The translations under genes were made by a program, and so were the position numbers. The notes under the pieces are model-generated. The model saw nothing but the letters and a program-made list of their open reading frames with translations, had not been told where the DNA came from and ran no database searches. A DNA stretch of 64,000 nt from Octopus sinensis (lineage: Eukaryota), in NCBI RefSeq assembly GCF_006345805.1, contig NC_043002.1, positions 105,586,001-105,650,000 on the forward strand, written 5' to 3'. Numbering within the stretch: position 1 is the first letter of the stretch; every line of letters begins with the position of its first letter. Shown one piece after another: positions 12,430 through 27,585 of this stretch.

Positions 12430-12900
12430 AGTATTCCAGAGAAGGAACTTAATAAGAATGCTAATGCTAGATTTTTATAAAATGCTTTGATACAAGAATT
12501 CGATCGATCACAACAGCCATACAAATACCTTGGAATTAATGAACTAGACAGAAAAGAATCCATTCGTGGTAAAAAAAATCCATTAGGATAGAATATAATA
12601 GACGGATTAGATTATAAACAAAAACGAAGTGAATGTAAAATATGAAGAAATAATGATCAAAGTTGTCCCAGTGTTAAGTTAAACTCTCCTCAACTGGACG
12701 CAAAATAAATTAGCAAAACTAGATACAAATACAAAATATATTCATTTCCTTCAAAATGAACTATTTCAGATCTGACAAAGATTCTGCTTGCCAAGAATAC
12801 AGAAGAGAGACATAATGCAACCAGAAAATTATTATAAAATATCTATCGTAGGATATGAAAATTATTTTGTAAAACTAATTTAAATCTGCCACAAACAGCT
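12430..12900 (+). mobile_element. Highly degraded R4/Dong-like fragment (end of RT and thumb region)
   Basis: YKYLGINE motif at about 12521, followed by segments resembling the VPV-SY, NWT and RLYLPR regions of the 7.7 kb copy. Confidence 0.55.
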
Positions 12901-13986
12901 ACAAACCATGACCGTAAGTGTTTTATGCTTTCTAGAAATCCAACATATACAGAAGATTGTCCAAAATGATAGCTGTAAAGAGGAAATAGTAAAGAAAAAC
13001 TGAAAAAAAAAGGCTTAAAATCATAAAAAGCTAAATAAGATTTTATAAGCTAAAATTGCAACGTTAACAGAAAAGCCTTAGATGCCCCCTGTATGGGTAA
13101 TAGAGGAAAAAACTGATCAGGACAAGCAGAATTTCATCTGCTTGAGAAGAGCAAGAATCAAAGCTGAATATGAAAGATTCTAAATCGTTTTACAGGATCA
13201 AAACCTTCCAACAAAAAAAGTAAAACAAAAGCATCTAACGAAGCAGAAGATAATAAGTAACTACAGAATATGTAGTGGTTCGTAAGAAATCATAAAAATA
13301 CAGTTTCTTGCTGCCCAGGCTTAACCAAGAAATAATACATCATAAAAGAGATGGGTCTTTAAATGCACTGGACGTTATACCAGTATTACGATTATTTACA
13401 GAAAAAAAGGTGGTGTTAATATACACTGCGAAGGCTGACAAAGCGAGCACAATTTCTGATATTCACCATTTGCAACTAGAAGAGATGAAAACTTCTCTGA
13501 TAAATATTGTTGTCAAAGAATACTAGAAATACCCACTAAGTGAAGTAAAATTTTGAACAAATGATACTCTCTTTCATAGGAAGTGGAAAGGATCTGAAAA
13601 TAGAGACAACCAGAATGGCCAGACAGCAATCAGAAACCACCTAAATAATCATAGCTAACCTAGTAGTGATAAGAAATACGAACAGATAAATAAATACGCA
13701 AACAACAACATCAGACATCGAACCATTTGCCATGGTGAATGTAAATACATAGAAAATAAGAAATGAAAGAAAGAATTTGTTCAGTTTGACATTTTGTTTA
13801 TGAGATGAGTCAACAAAAAATAAATTACCCCAAAATGACAGAACTTATATTTCAACCGGGATGTGAAGCAGCTTTGAAGCTTTCCAGAAAGTTATCCGAA
13901 AAGTAATCAATTATGATTACTGCTGTGTTTGATTTTAAATCTCAAATGGTCAGAACGAGTAAAGACAGTTGTCATATAACCTCTCG

Positions 13987-14103
<117 letters not shown>

Positions 14104-15045
14104 TCATTTATAGTCCTATTGGCCAATAATAGGCATAACCAGGCTCTACAAAAGGGGATTACAAGGATTACATGACGCCTCTCAATATACAGACCTCATG
14201 GGATAAAAGCTTTTGCATATATATATATATATATATATATCATGATTTTAGATACAATAAATGAGGATAAAACACACACAATAGGAATAAAAAAACTTTA
14301 TCACTCACACGAACTCTTTCTCACTGCTATGGATATTGACTTTAGATATGTCAAGACGTTCAACATATCCACTTGCATTTCCTCTTTGCTGTGGCCCATC
14401 TAAGGTGAGGTTGCGGGTTTGTGTATGCATCTAGAACATTTTCTATGGTTCTTTTCTTCTGTCTGCATCCATTTGTCCATCAGCAACGGAATATTGTTAG
14501 TAATGGTACTGGATGGGAGTTCGTCCGACTCAGATTCAACTTTGCTTATACTAGGGCTTACCAAAATACTTTTGCTCACATGTGGAGCTTGTTCTTTTTG
14601 ACGTTATGAAAAAGCAGTTTCTTCGACTGCCCCTTATTTTTCCTCTGTAATTACTCCCTGCTCTCCTTACCTTATTTTACTCTTCAGAGAAGATGCTTTC
14701 AAAGGGTCCTTGTTGCTACGTTGTGTAACAATTGAAGTCTCTGCTCGGCAACACTAAATGTATCAATTTCTTTTTCTACACCTACATTTATGTACAGCTC
14801 CAGCATGGCTTGGCTCATAAGATGTTTTTCGTCATACTAGTTTTCAAAATTGGTGAAATGCCTCGTAAAAATGACGTCATTCATACCAATAGCCAATCAC
14901 AATGAATGTCCCCAGTCGTGATGCTATATTGCTGCACGTGCCTGAGAGAAGATGAGTAGCACACCAACTCGGCCATTTGGGCTCTTTGTCGGTTTTGGAA
15001 TATTTAGCAAATGTCTTACCTTGATCGATTCAAGTCACAACATCG

Positions 15046-15289
15046 TATATATATCTTTTTTAATACCCACAAGGGGCTAAATACAGAGGAGACAAACAAG
15101 GACAGACAAACGGATTAAGTTGATTACATCGACCCCAGTGCGTAACTGGTACTTAATTTATCGATCCCGAAAGGATGAAAGGCAAAGTCGACCTCGGCGG
15201 AATTTGAACTCAGAACGTAACCGCAAACGATATACGGCTACGCATTTCGCCCGGCGTGCTAACGTCTCTGCCAGCTGGCCGCCTTAAGC
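15046..15289 (-). mobile_element. tRNA-derived SINE with 10-bp target-site duplication
   Basis: Head ggcggccagctggcagagacgttagc...gagttcaaattcc. CACAACATCG occurs at 15036-15045 and 15290-15299. Confidence 0.9.
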
Positions 15290-15916
15290 CACAACATCGC
15301 ATATATCAACCAAAGCTTCCTTCAATTGTTTCTTTGAGAATACAGTGAAACCCCACTTGATTTTTGAGAGACAGAATTATGTCATTTGACTCCTTATCCT
15401 TTTAACCCGATAAAATCGTATGAAAACATAAGTTTCAGTCATAAAGAACCCCAAACATTTTTGTAGTGAGAGTCGGCACATATTCATAATTTCTGTCTTG
15501 TAGGAAAATATTTACTGCTTTTGTCGAATTCTTTCTGCTTTGATACCATTATATTCCTACAACTATTATTTCTAAGTGTCAGCTTCTTTAAGTGTTATAT
15601 GGTTTCTTTCTATTTATTTTTATTTTTTCCCTCTTTTGGAGAATAATTGTTTTCCGCAAAATATCCGAAAGCACTATCGAAATCGAGGCTGTTCTAAAGA
15701 ATGTTTAATATGCAAATTGCTGTGGAAATTTAAATCATATTTTTAAAAAGGGAGGGGTTTTTTTTCTGCCAATAGATAGACCTACAAATATCCCAGAGGT
15801 TTTAATACTCAAAGAAAAGTCTTTGTCGATCAAATGAAGTAAACTCAAAGAATACCGAGCGTGAGTGAATCGTGTCGGAGGTCAACAAACGCAAACAGTA
15901 CTGCGGCTCCGGCTGT

Positions 15917-16200
15917 TTCTACTACTACTACTACTACAACTAGTAAAGAAGAAGAAGAAGAAGAAGAAGAAGAAAAGAAGAAGAAGAAGAAAAAGAAGAA
16001 GAAGAAGAAGAAGAAGAAGCAGAACAAGAAGAAGAAAAAGAAGAACAAGAACAAGAACATGAAGAACAAGAAGACCAAGAAGAACAAGAAGAAGAACAAG
16101 AAGAACAAGAAAAACAAGAAGAAGAAGAAGAAGAAGAAGAAGAAGAAGAAGAAGAAGAAGAAGAAGAAGAAGAAGAAGAAGAAGAAGAAGAAGAAGAAGA
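15917..16200. repeat. (CTA)n then (GAA)n with GAACAA variants
   Basis: Direct reading. Confidence 0.95.
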
Positions 16201-17924
16201 ATCGCGTCTTTTATTGTCATGAGGGCATTTACACCTTTGCAATCAAATAAATATACATATCGCCTTGAAAACCAGTTGAGATAAAGTTATATATAAACGA
16301 GTGTGGGAAAATACATTCTATAGCATGTATCAGAACATTAAAAGTTTGATGTAATTCAGACACATACAATATATAAAGTAATTATATAAAAAAAAGTAGT
16401 TATTTTTGTACTTGGACTAAGTAATTCTCCCAATGAAAAGAAAACCACAGATTGTAGTTTCCTTCTCTATTGTAAATTAATTGAAGGGTTACTTATTAAT
16501 TAATTATTTTGATTTGAACAAATGTTTCGTCACACAGCGGTGGTTTTCGCAAAGATTTGATTTCACATTCTTACAACGCCAACAAATTAAGATATATTAA
16601 CTTATATGATCGTCGGTGTGTCCATACTTGATGCAAACACGTCACGGAAAGCCAAAGAGACAGCGGTGTTCGTCCGGCGATAAGATCTTTTATGGACGTT
16701 TTGGGGTATAGGACAAAAATAGTAGATCAGTACCGGACGATTATCGATCTGTGGTCACAAGGATTTCAACACATGCCCTTTGTATTGGTCCCTCTGGCAG
16801 AACCATACAAGATTTATTTACGTAAATGAATGGAGCACCATTGATAATTCTGAACTCAATCTTTGATTGTATTCCACAGAACTATCAAATTTACTGCTCC
16901 GCTGTTCGATTCAGCATAAATAACTTTAAAATCGTTCTGGCCACCATTCTTTTTGGTTGAGACAGTGTCAGAGTGGCTCCCTTCGGCAGATATTCTTTTA
17001 TTTAAACTGTGGGATTTGACGAAGATTTAAGTTCTATTTAGAACAATGCACTTAATCTCATAACGACTTAGTCTAGCTACATTCCTCTCCCTCTCTCTGT
17101 CTCTCTCTCTCTCTCCCTTTCTCTCTCTGTCTTTCTCTCTCATACCCAGTTGTTGATGTTCTAGTCAAGATGATTCTGTCTTTTTTGAATAGCAACGAAT
17201 TCACTGCTGACGGTATTCTTTCTTTTAAGCTGGTAAACTGAAGTTTGAGGTAGATTTAGCAACTACTTCTCTTAAGAGGATCGTTAGCAGCATATGCCTC
17301 ACATTATATCCTATTATCTACACAGCTTAAATGTATTTTCTTCACACACTTGTCTTCACTGTTTCAAGTGAATCATGATATCCCTTATTACTAAAATCTT
17401 TTTAAATTACCTGGCATTGCTATTATTCCTCAATATTGATTATTTTTCTTTTCACTCTCTTTCCTCCGCTATCGTTACATGACTTACCTGTAGCCTTGAG
17501 ACATGTGCCAAGTCTAGTAATGCTTAAGCGGAAATCAGGATAAATTTCCAAAGATTAATGCAGGATTATCAGAGAATGCTTTTGTATGACAAATCGTGAT
17601 GTTAGCATGCCGCAAGACAAGAATCACTGCCGTTGGCAATATAGATCTATCTAATGTTACATTACGCTGACAATGTGCTTTAAAATGCAGAACTAAAGTA
17701 AATACCTCCATTTTGAAAATGGCCAATGTCACGTGAGATATTTCCTTCTTGGCAAACTGTTATTTTTTCTTCTCTCTTTCTCTCTCTCTCTCTCACACAC
17801 TCTCTCTCTTTCTCTCCCCCTTATATACCACTATTTTATTCCTCTTAACTTCAATAGTTAAAAACACAAAAGTAGTTATTAATGGTGTTTGAGATATTTT
17901 TATCTTCTCGGGAAAAAAGTTCCA

Positions 17925-17928
17925 TTGC

Positions 17929-17968
<40 letters not shown>

Positions 17969-18164
17969 GCTTTTGGTTGACGTTGTTGCTTTTTACTATC
18001 ACCATCATCATCATCATCCTCATCAACATTATTTATTATTATTACTATTATTATTATCATTATCGTTACTTTTACTTTTGATAATGTTATTACTATCATG
18101 ATTGTTGATGTTGTTGTTGTTAATATTACTATTAATATTGTTATTATTATTACTACTACTACTC

Positions 18165-18234
<70 letters not shown>

Positions 18235-18235
18235 C
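17925..18235. repeat. (TTA)n tracts, (TAA)n on the minus strand
   Basis: Direct reading; lies at the 3' side of the minus-strand Dong-like remnant. Confidence 0.9.
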
Positions 18236-18299
18236 TTCCCATTTAATAGTCTTACATGTCTTACATGGTTTTTTCCTTCACAATTAAACATACTTTCGT

Positions 18300-20380
18300 G
18301 CACCTTAACAACATCACTGTATTGTTCTATATTTTCAAATTACATTTGAAATCTTCGGAGTAATATCCTTGCCCACTGCTTGATAAAGACTTTTTATGCG
18401 TTTTGTATAAATTTATGTTATGGGGCTTTGGTTTTCATTATTTAAATTATCCCCAACACATGTTGTGTTGTAAGAATTTCCTCTCACCTCAGTACCTTCA
18501 TTTTTCTGGTTGCCCCTATTCCCAAATCTTTGTATGGATATTTCTTGAATTTCTTCTGTAAACATCTTTTCGACTAACTCCATTTCCACAAAATTGCTAC
18601 CCTTGTACCTAAATCAGGAATCATTATACATTTTTGGTGGTTTGCATTTGAAAGTCTTTCATTTTGTGTTGCAATCACAAATGTCATCCTCAGCTTTTAG
18701 TTGTTATTGTCTTCCCCTTACAGTCTTGCCTTATGCTGGTCATATGGTGATCTGTCTTGCATTTTCTATGATATGCAATAAGCTCACTGTTTGCATAGAT
18801 CTTACTTGCTTAGCAATGTCTAATGTACTTTCTTTTTTCCTTTTCACAAGTCTCAGTTCATCATCTCTAATTCATAGGTCAACATACTTAAACAGAAAAG
18901 ACATTGATTTAGATTTACTTTGTGTTTCGTTTGTTATTTTTATACATTTCCCATAATTCTTTAATACATATTTTTCTAGTTGTCCAGTAGATATTTTGAA
19001 ATAGTCTTCAATTATAGATTCTTGGTCAGTAATTGATCTTTGCAGCTGTATCAACCTTTGCAATGTCCCTTTTACTCATCTGGAACAGATCTTTTCCACG
19101 CGTACTTATTTATTCCCTACAACACAGATGTAGTTCAAGCTTTTATAAGTCACGTACTGGAAGATTATGACTGAAGATTTTACAATTTTCTCTTACATGA
19201 ATTTAGATTCTCTTCCACACATCGTCAGTCATTTAACTTTTCTTCCAAACTCTTTCAACGGTTCTTAAAGATCTTTACTTTTGCCTGTTCACTATTACAA
19301 TAAGAGGTTAGACATCCATTTTCTGTTGCCTTTCAACTGTTCACTGTTTGTTCTCTATATTCAGCTTCTTGATTTGAAATCACACAAAATGTCTGCTCAG
19401 ACACTTCACCGGTTGTTTTCAACAACTCCCTCTGCCGCTACTATTTTGCTGCGCATACATGTATAAACGCTTTTACCTATTTTTAAGATAGTGAAGCATT
19501 GATTGATATTTTATATTCACCTAATTCTTGATTATGTTACTTGGTTTGAAGTGAAGCAATTTTTGCTTTCATAACAACGGGCTTTTTGCGATATTGCGAA
19601 GATCTTTTCTTCCAGGCGACTATTTTTTATTTTTTCTTACATTCCTGGAATATTTGTCTCTCCTTTTCCTTCCGTTATGTCTTTTACTCATTAATTTCAT
19701 TAAGTATTGATAGCTTATTTTCGACTCTTTATTTGTTTACATTTTGCTCTTACACGATGACGAGATGAGAGGCGATACCGAAGCTTCTTTATAATTGCTG
19801 TTGCTGTTGCATAAATTATTTCATTTATCTTCATAATAATCATGTTTGTGTCTATTTTCAATTGGCTTACGATGGTCAGGATTGCATTTTTTTAAACATT
19901 TTTGTTGATATTTTATTGTTGTGTTGTATCCGCTGGGAAGTCATTTGTTGGTCCAAAGCAAGACTCATTATTCTTTTGAATTTAAATTATTGTCATGTTC
20001 ATGATTTCCAACTTTAAATAATTTTCCATTGTTGAATATTCTTCATGTTTTCTTTTATTCATGTTATCGTTTCTGCTGTTCTGCTTTGCTTTTATTGACC
20101 AATATTATGTAAATGCTCTCTGTTCAGCTTCTTTTACAAGTTCGTTTTTGTCTTGTTTATTTTGGCTGTAGAAGATCTATCTTCATGGCTTGCATTGCCA
20201 ATGACTTTCTTGTTTCGTTTCATATTTAATCATTCTATGTTTTCTTTTGTTTTTCTATTTCCTTCTCTCGTATTGCTGTCTTCTTTATGCATTCTTTCTT
20301 TGAAGTGTTATATTTTAATGTTTATGAATGTTTGGTTTTGAGAATGTGTCTTCGTAAGTTTGTTAGTAACTTGGGATCCA
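18300..20380 (-). mobile_element. Old, heavily degraded R4/Dong-like LINE remnant
   Basis: A-rich minus strand with fragments resembling RLYLPR-GGRGLIQL (about 19060-19100) and IIPVVIGTLG (about 18600-18640), in the expected order and ending towards (TAA)n. Boundaries approximate. Confidence 0.45.
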
Positions 20381-21799
20381 AGTTACTTTTATTTCCCTTT
20401 AAATTATATACTTAAATATATTTATAGTTTTCTTCATCTCCTACCATTTAGCTGTAAAATATGCAGAAGGTATAAAGGCGCGCAGCATTGAAACGTGTTC
20501 ATCTCGTCTGTATTTAAACATTTTCTTTTTTATAACCGAAATTTCGAAATTAATATCTAGCACTTTATTTACTTTAGATTGTCGATATGATTTCTTAACT
20601 AACCATTTATTTGATCGTAGTGTCCAAAGACTAATCTGCTTTCAAACTTCAGCCCAGTGACACGGGTTCCATGTATATTTTTGGTACGTTTTTAAAAAAA
20701 AAAACAAGATCTCTTGGTTTGCAGCTGGGTGCATTTTTACTATTTTGGGGATGGTGGATAAATTCAAAATCCATATATATGTTCAAACCTTTAAAACTAA
20801 TATGTTTCCAGTCCTTTAGTAAATTAACATATGCAACCAGCTTCGCCGTTCTTTTCAAAGTTTCGCGTATCTACGGTTGTTTTGCATGTTTAATAAGTGT
20901 CCACTACCTACTTTCAGTAAGAAAGGGCAGCTGACTAAATGAGTGCAAGGACATTCATGAAATCGAAATCCAGTGTTTCAATAAATATACATACGAGTGC
21001 TCAGAGCCTTGTGCCTTCAAACGGTGTCGTCTCCCTTATAATATAACTTTCACTAATAAACATTATTTTGAGGCGTTGATGTGATTTCTGCTTCATAGAC
21101 GACAGAGTTTTATCATACACCTCTGCTCAAGGGATCAAACTTCAGTATTTCGACGGTTACAACTGGGAGTCGGCTCTTGGTGAAGATTATGAGTGATAAT
21201 TTTCTTCAGTTGTATCATATTTTTAACGAGCGTCTATTAAAATTCTTCCTCTATTTATAGTTTGCTGGGAAATTCTTGCCTACGTTACTTTTAAGATTTA
21301 GAGAGGGATGGGACGAACCATATTATTTTCCTGGGTCTATTTTTAAAATATCTACGTCGGTTATCATCCAAAGATGGAACTATACTTGTGATATACTGCA
21401 TCAAAACATGCATCAGAGTACTCTATATTTACACTGGTGTCCTTTTCAGGCTTAATGTTGCGATATCGGTCAATTCGAAGCCACGCAAACCGCGTAACCG
21501 GCTCTGGAACTCATAGGGCTCGAAGCAGTAGAGGCATTTTTAAATTACTATTGTGGATTTCCAGAGCGAAATTCGAACATGTTGCCGTACGTGAGATAAA
21601 ATTATTTCACAGTCTTTTAGCTAGAATACCATTTTCTTATATCTATTATACAGCCACATGAGTAGACACACACACACGCACACGCACGCTTACACTTTCA
21701 TATTTACAAATATAATCATGGAGATAGGTACAGGTATATTGAGATATATAAATATATATATTCAGATAAATATTCAAACCGGTAGACAGATAGATAGGC

Positions 21800-21801
21800 T
21801 G

Positions 21802-21842
<41 letters not shown>

Positions 21843-21851
21843 AAGAAAGAG

Positions 21852-21920
<69 letters not shown>
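21800..21920. repeat. (AT)n(AG)n(AGAT)n
   Basis: Direct reading. Confidence 0.95.
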
Positions 21921-22155
21921 TGTGCGTCTGCGTACACACAGACATATGCCCTGAAAACACGCGCGCGTATATACACTTAATAACTCAAATTTAAATCTAA
22001 GCACAACAACATACTAACATAAGCCACCTTATATAAGAACTAACAATATATAATATGCATACATACACGCATGTGTGGACGCACAGACACTTTTATGTGC
22101 ACACTTCCCTCTATATACACACGTATGCGTGTATACATGGACATATATAACCAAT

Positions 22156-22188
<33 letters not shown>

Positions 22189-23029
22189 TACACAAACACA
22201 CACACACACACACACACCACACACACACACACACACACTCACACACACACATATATATAATTTTCAGAAAAGGCAAATAACTTTCCCAGTAATAATTTGA
22301 AATGGTAGAACACGACATCGTATCTACGGTAAAAATGTTGAAAATTATTAAATTATGAAAATAGAATTATGTAAATTGCAAATAGTGAAGATAATTCTCC
22401 ACAGACAAGAAGCCTGACTCATTTTAGAGAACAATGTAATTTAGAAGGGATGGTGCTATTATGGAAAAGCAACGTGGCCACACTTATCTCCATATCACTT
22501 CTTCTCTTCGGGCTTCTTAATTGGTAAGTTTGGTTTTTTTTCTAAAGTAAATTAGACTTTGCTAACTTCTGTCTGTTTATGAAGCTACGAAGTAAAAGGG
22601 AAAAAAATATTGAATGAGATTTTACTCCATTAAGCGTAAAATTTTGCCAGCATGGCGGTAGTGCTGTGGCCATGGTGGAGATAGTTGCTTGGCAACCGTA
22701 GAGATATGGGTGGCTCTCTTGTTATAAATGAGGTTTGTGTAACTTCTTGCGGAGCATTCCTGACAGGTGATTTGTTTATAGTAATCATATGTTAGTGCTC
22801 ACTCTCGCCATGAAATGGACGTTGCCTGGACAAGTAAGTGGGCAATGCGCCATATGTCAGGTGTCGTAGTGGTCGCAGTGTAATTTGGTGTCTCTATCGA
22901 TCTCTCCCTCACTCCCTGTTTCTTTCTCTGCTTCTCTCTTTCTCTTTCTCTGTCTCGCTCTCTCTCTCTCTTTCTCTCTCCCCCCCTCTCTCTCTCTCTC
23001 TCTCTCTTTCACACACACGCACACGTGTG

Positions 23030-24693
23030 CAGTTTCATCGCTCAGCGTGCGTCTCTGAAAAGATCATCTGACTGCACACCCGTACATGTGGAGCTTATCC
23101 CGAACCAGCTGAGATCCCCGGTAGCACTGCCAGGCCAGGGATTTGGAAGTTTTCCATAGGTCCCGGCTTGAAAATCCTCCGGAATAGACCAGCCAGTTGA
23201 TCCCTCACGGCGCCCAGAACCTCTCCAAGAACATCGTCGCACTTATCCTCCTCTAATCCGCTATAGAGCTCCAAGGTGGAACTTTCACCAACCGCATTGC
23301 CCGACCGGCTGAGGGCTGTGAGCACTTAGAGATACTCTAGGTGCCAAGCGCCCTGCTTCAGTCTACTCCTGATCCAGGATTGCAGCTCTGTCAAGGAGAC
23401 GAGCACCGCAAGAGCGCGTCAAACAAACGGCGACCACATCTGCTCACCATTAAGGCATCGCTGGAGCTGTTGCAGCCTCAGCGCATGTCTTGCCCGTCCT
23501 TATGCAGCGAGTACTGACAGCAAATGGACCGGCTGACAAGCGGTACCTGTCCCTTCTACAGGAAGCGAAAGAGCAAGTGCACCAATCCGTTCAGCCACGA
23601 AGCGGGGCAAAGGACGACAGTCAGACAGTAGTAACTGACAGATGCCTTGTACGCATTTGACACCTCCGGCCCACTTCTGAATGAGACTGACCACCGTGTC
23701 TGTCACCTCACCCCAGTTGTTCACTTAAAGGTCCGGACCGAAGCAGAGCAACTTGACTGGTCCTTCCGTTCACACCCCACAACGCTGTTGGTTGGCATGG
23801 ACCTGCCTCTCCAGGTGCAGAGCTGCAGACCCACTGACTTCTCCTGGTTAATCATTGCACCTGTCACTGTTTCGTATGCCCTTAGGGTAGTGCCGACCAT
23901 CTCGATTTCCGAGACATCTGACACTATCACGGTGACGTCGTCCGCACACGCCAACACGAACTTTCCGCATCCTATCTCAGGCGGGATACCCCTCGAAACA
24001 TCCAGCTTCTGCAGTAATGGAACGAAATCAATACATAGAGAAGGGGTGAGAGTGGGCATCTTTAACGGACGGAACGTGCGATGCTAAAGAATTCTGATAT
24101 GCGGTCATTTATTTTGATCACCGAGCAGATGTCGTACTTTGCAGCGATTCAGGCCCTGAAAACGGGGCCGAAACCAGCTGCCTTAAGGTCAGCCTCCAAG
24201 TACTTATGGTCGACTCCATCGAAGGCTTTCGATTGATCCAAATTGATCAGGGCCTCATCCATGCCAGGTTCTTTACCAGACCACCCTATGATGTATTGTG
24301 TGAGGTGGAATTTGTCGCATATAGATCTGTTATCGGTGATGTGCAAGTCTGCACACCACCGACAAGTCTGGTAACAAGCGCCAACCTCTTTGCTAACAAC
24401 TTGGCCAAGATTTTGTAATCTGCATTTAGCAGAGCTACAGGCCTAAAGTTATCAATAATATTCCCTTTGATCGAATCCTTTCTCAGTAGCGTCACCAAAA
24501 TTCGGCTTACAGATATGGGGATTTTCCCGTCCTGCTGCCAGTTGCGGTAGACATCTACCAAAAGCTCATCAAACAAGTCTGGCATATGAATATAAAGCTC
24601 GAAGGGCACGCCATCCAATACCGGAGACTTTTCCCTCGTGCAATTAGCCAACACGTCACGTATCTCTTCAGCTGACATCAGCATTTCGCAGCA
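23030..24693 (-). mobile_element. L1/Tx1-like LINE ORF2 fragment (RT to zinc-finger region), degraded
   Basis: REKSPVLDGVPFELY, NFRPVALLNADYKILAK, LINLDQSKAFDGVDH, PLSPLLY, ACADDVTV, INQEKS and a C-terminal VRDKLH...DETAH segment. Confidence 0.88.
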
Positions 24694-24694
24694 C

Positions 24695-24860
<166 letters not shown>

Positions 24861-25129
24861 ATTCTTATTATAGTAACAACAACAAAAATAACTCATGATC
24901 AAAGCTTATTGACCCGGAACTACTTAGCTAATGTGATGAAACATGGAGGAAACTTAAACAGCCCCCCCCCCCGCCGCCACTCTGCAGCGATTAGGTTGAC
25001 AGAGTGGACCACCTAATCTCTGGATGTAAAGTTTTTAGCAGCAGCGAGGTATAAATCAAGACATGACGGGGACGACCAATATCTACACTGGTTGATATGG
25101 CAGCACTATAAGATCAAATCTGTTGACAA

Positions 25130-25490
25130 ATGGAATAGTCAACACCATGGGGCTGTAAGTGAGGGAGAAAATTTAACGATTCTTTGGAACTTTCACGTAC
25201 ATACAGGTAAAACCCCTCAAAGCGATTCATTCAGATATTGTTGTGAAAGAGCAAAACAATAAAGTTTGTTTATCCATCGACATGAGTATTCCTTGTGATA
25301 ATATCCCAGTAAAAGAATTTGACAAGCTCAGAAAATATGAAGATTTGCTCATAGAAATCGCAAAAATGTGACATATCAAGGCGGTTACAATACCAGTGTT
25401 TGTAGGAGTTTTTGCGATGATCAAAAAAGGAACCGAAAATTATTTGAGAATGATTCCTTGCTTACCATCCAGGCAAGAAGTGCAAAACAG
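25130..25490 (+). mobile_element. R4/Dong-like endonuclease fragment
   Basis: LWNFHVHT, DIVVKEQNNKVCLSIDMSIP, KLRKYEDLLIEIAKM and IPVFVG. Confidence 0.75.
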
Positions 25491-26334
25491 TGACGGTGAT
25501 GATGATGATGATTGCAAAGAGAAATCCCAACAAGATTCTTAGCATACAAGATAAAATGCTGAAAAGCCAGACAGCTGTCGTCTGGAACGGACATTTGAGA
25601 AAAGTGAATGCGGATATAGCGAAAACTCACCGGAACGCGAGAGGAGTTTAAAGTTCTTGTTATTAGGCCTGTGAAGGAACTGAACTAATTCTATTGCAAT
25701 TGAGACAACAACACAGTAAGCAGAGAATAAATGTCAGAGGAACTAAATAGAGACGCATTATACAGTTGTCTTGCGTGGAGTCGTTCAGCTCTGCATATGG
25801 AAGGGAATGACCAACAGCAAAAATCAATGACGACAGAATATAAAAAAACAAAATAGATTTGAAAATTTACGATTATAAATCACGTTGTGGAAAATACGTG
25901 TAATATCGATTCGGAAAATAAATTCATCAATAATAATCTGCAGCAGCAACTGCTGTTATTACACTGATGACCAGTTTAACTTGAATATTAAGACAGATCA
26001 TAAAATATCAATTAACAACAGATGCGTAGATGACAACTGCAAAAACATCAAAGAATATTGGAGCAAGGTCAAGAAACTCGTCACTATTATGGCTATAGCA
26101 TTGATTTCGATCAACGGTGAGAAGCGTGTAGATGATGAGTTGAATGTCTGATAGGAATTGCCTGATATGAAAAGGTTAAACAAAACAGAGGGATGTTGCT
26201 TTGATGTGAATAAAAAATTCAATGCTGCTGTGGTAGAAAACATGACAACAGCTGTTTAGGATGAGCAACAGGAATCTGTAGAGAAGAGCGATAAACAGAG
26301 CTGTGAGCTATATACATTTATACATATATGCATG

Positions 26335-26553
26335 CATACATACATACATACATACATACATACATACATACATACATACAATACATACATACATACATAC
26401 ATACATACATACATACATACATACTACATACATACATACTACATACATACATACATACATACATACATACATACATACATAATACATACATACATACATA
26501 CATACATACATAATACATACATACATACATACATACATACATACATACATACA
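26335..26553. repeat. (CATA)n microsatellite
   Basis: Direct reading. Confidence 0.95.
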
Positions 26554-26740
26554 TGTATATACAGATACATTGATAGAGAGAGGGAGAGCAAGAGTTAGAT
26601 TGATAGAAAGATACAGATATAGCTATTGATTTACAGATAACTATATAAATGTGTGTGTTTGTATGGGTATGTATGGTTATATATATATATATGGATATGT
26701 GTGTGTCTATATGCATGCGTGTATATACACACATATATAT

Positions 26741-26967
26741 ATTTCTTTACTACCCACAAGCGGCTAAACACAGAGGAGACAAACAAGGACAGACAAAGGG
26801 ATTAAGTCGATTACATCGACCCCAGTGCGTAACTGGTACTTAATTATCGACCCCGAAGGAGGATGAAAGGCAAAGTCGACCTCGGCGGAATTTGAACTGG
26901 GAACGTAACGGCAGACGAAATACGGCAACGCATTTCGCCCGGCTTGCTAACGTTTCTGCCAGCTCGC

Positions 26968-26970
<3 letters not shown>
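26741..26970 (-). mobile_element. tRNA-derived SINE, same family as 15046-15289
   Basis: High similarity to the 15 kb copy, with A-box and B-box-like head. Confidence 0.9.
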
Positions 26971-27017
<47 letters not shown>

Positions 27018-27585
27018 TATGTGCAAATATGTATATATATATACATATTTACATATGTATGTATATATATATATGTGTGTGCGTATATATATATATCCAT
27101 ATATATATATATATATTATATATATATATGTGTTGGTGTGTGTGTGTGTGTGTGTGCATATATATACTCATACACACAAGTATAAACGCGCGCGCACACA
27201 CACACATATATATGTATGCGTGGACAATCGAAAGAGGCACAGAAAACATTTGGTAAGATTGAAATGCATCATTATTTAGTAGCGGCTTGATTCGATTGGA
27301 TGGCACCTAATGTTTCGTTGGCTCCTCTAAGCCTGACAAGTCAGGTTCGTGTGCTGAGCCTACGAAATTCTAACTTGGATCAAACTGTTTTTAAAAGTAA
27401 TAACGTATATATATGTAGATGTGTGTGAATGTGTGTACGCGAGAGCGTGTGTGTGTACGTTAACAAAATGAGGTATGTTTATAAACGACTCATTCTATAA
27501 AGTGTGCTATCCATGTTTTATTACACACATGTGAGTGAGAACACTTTGAGATATTTTTGGTATCTAACATATATCAGATACTGCG

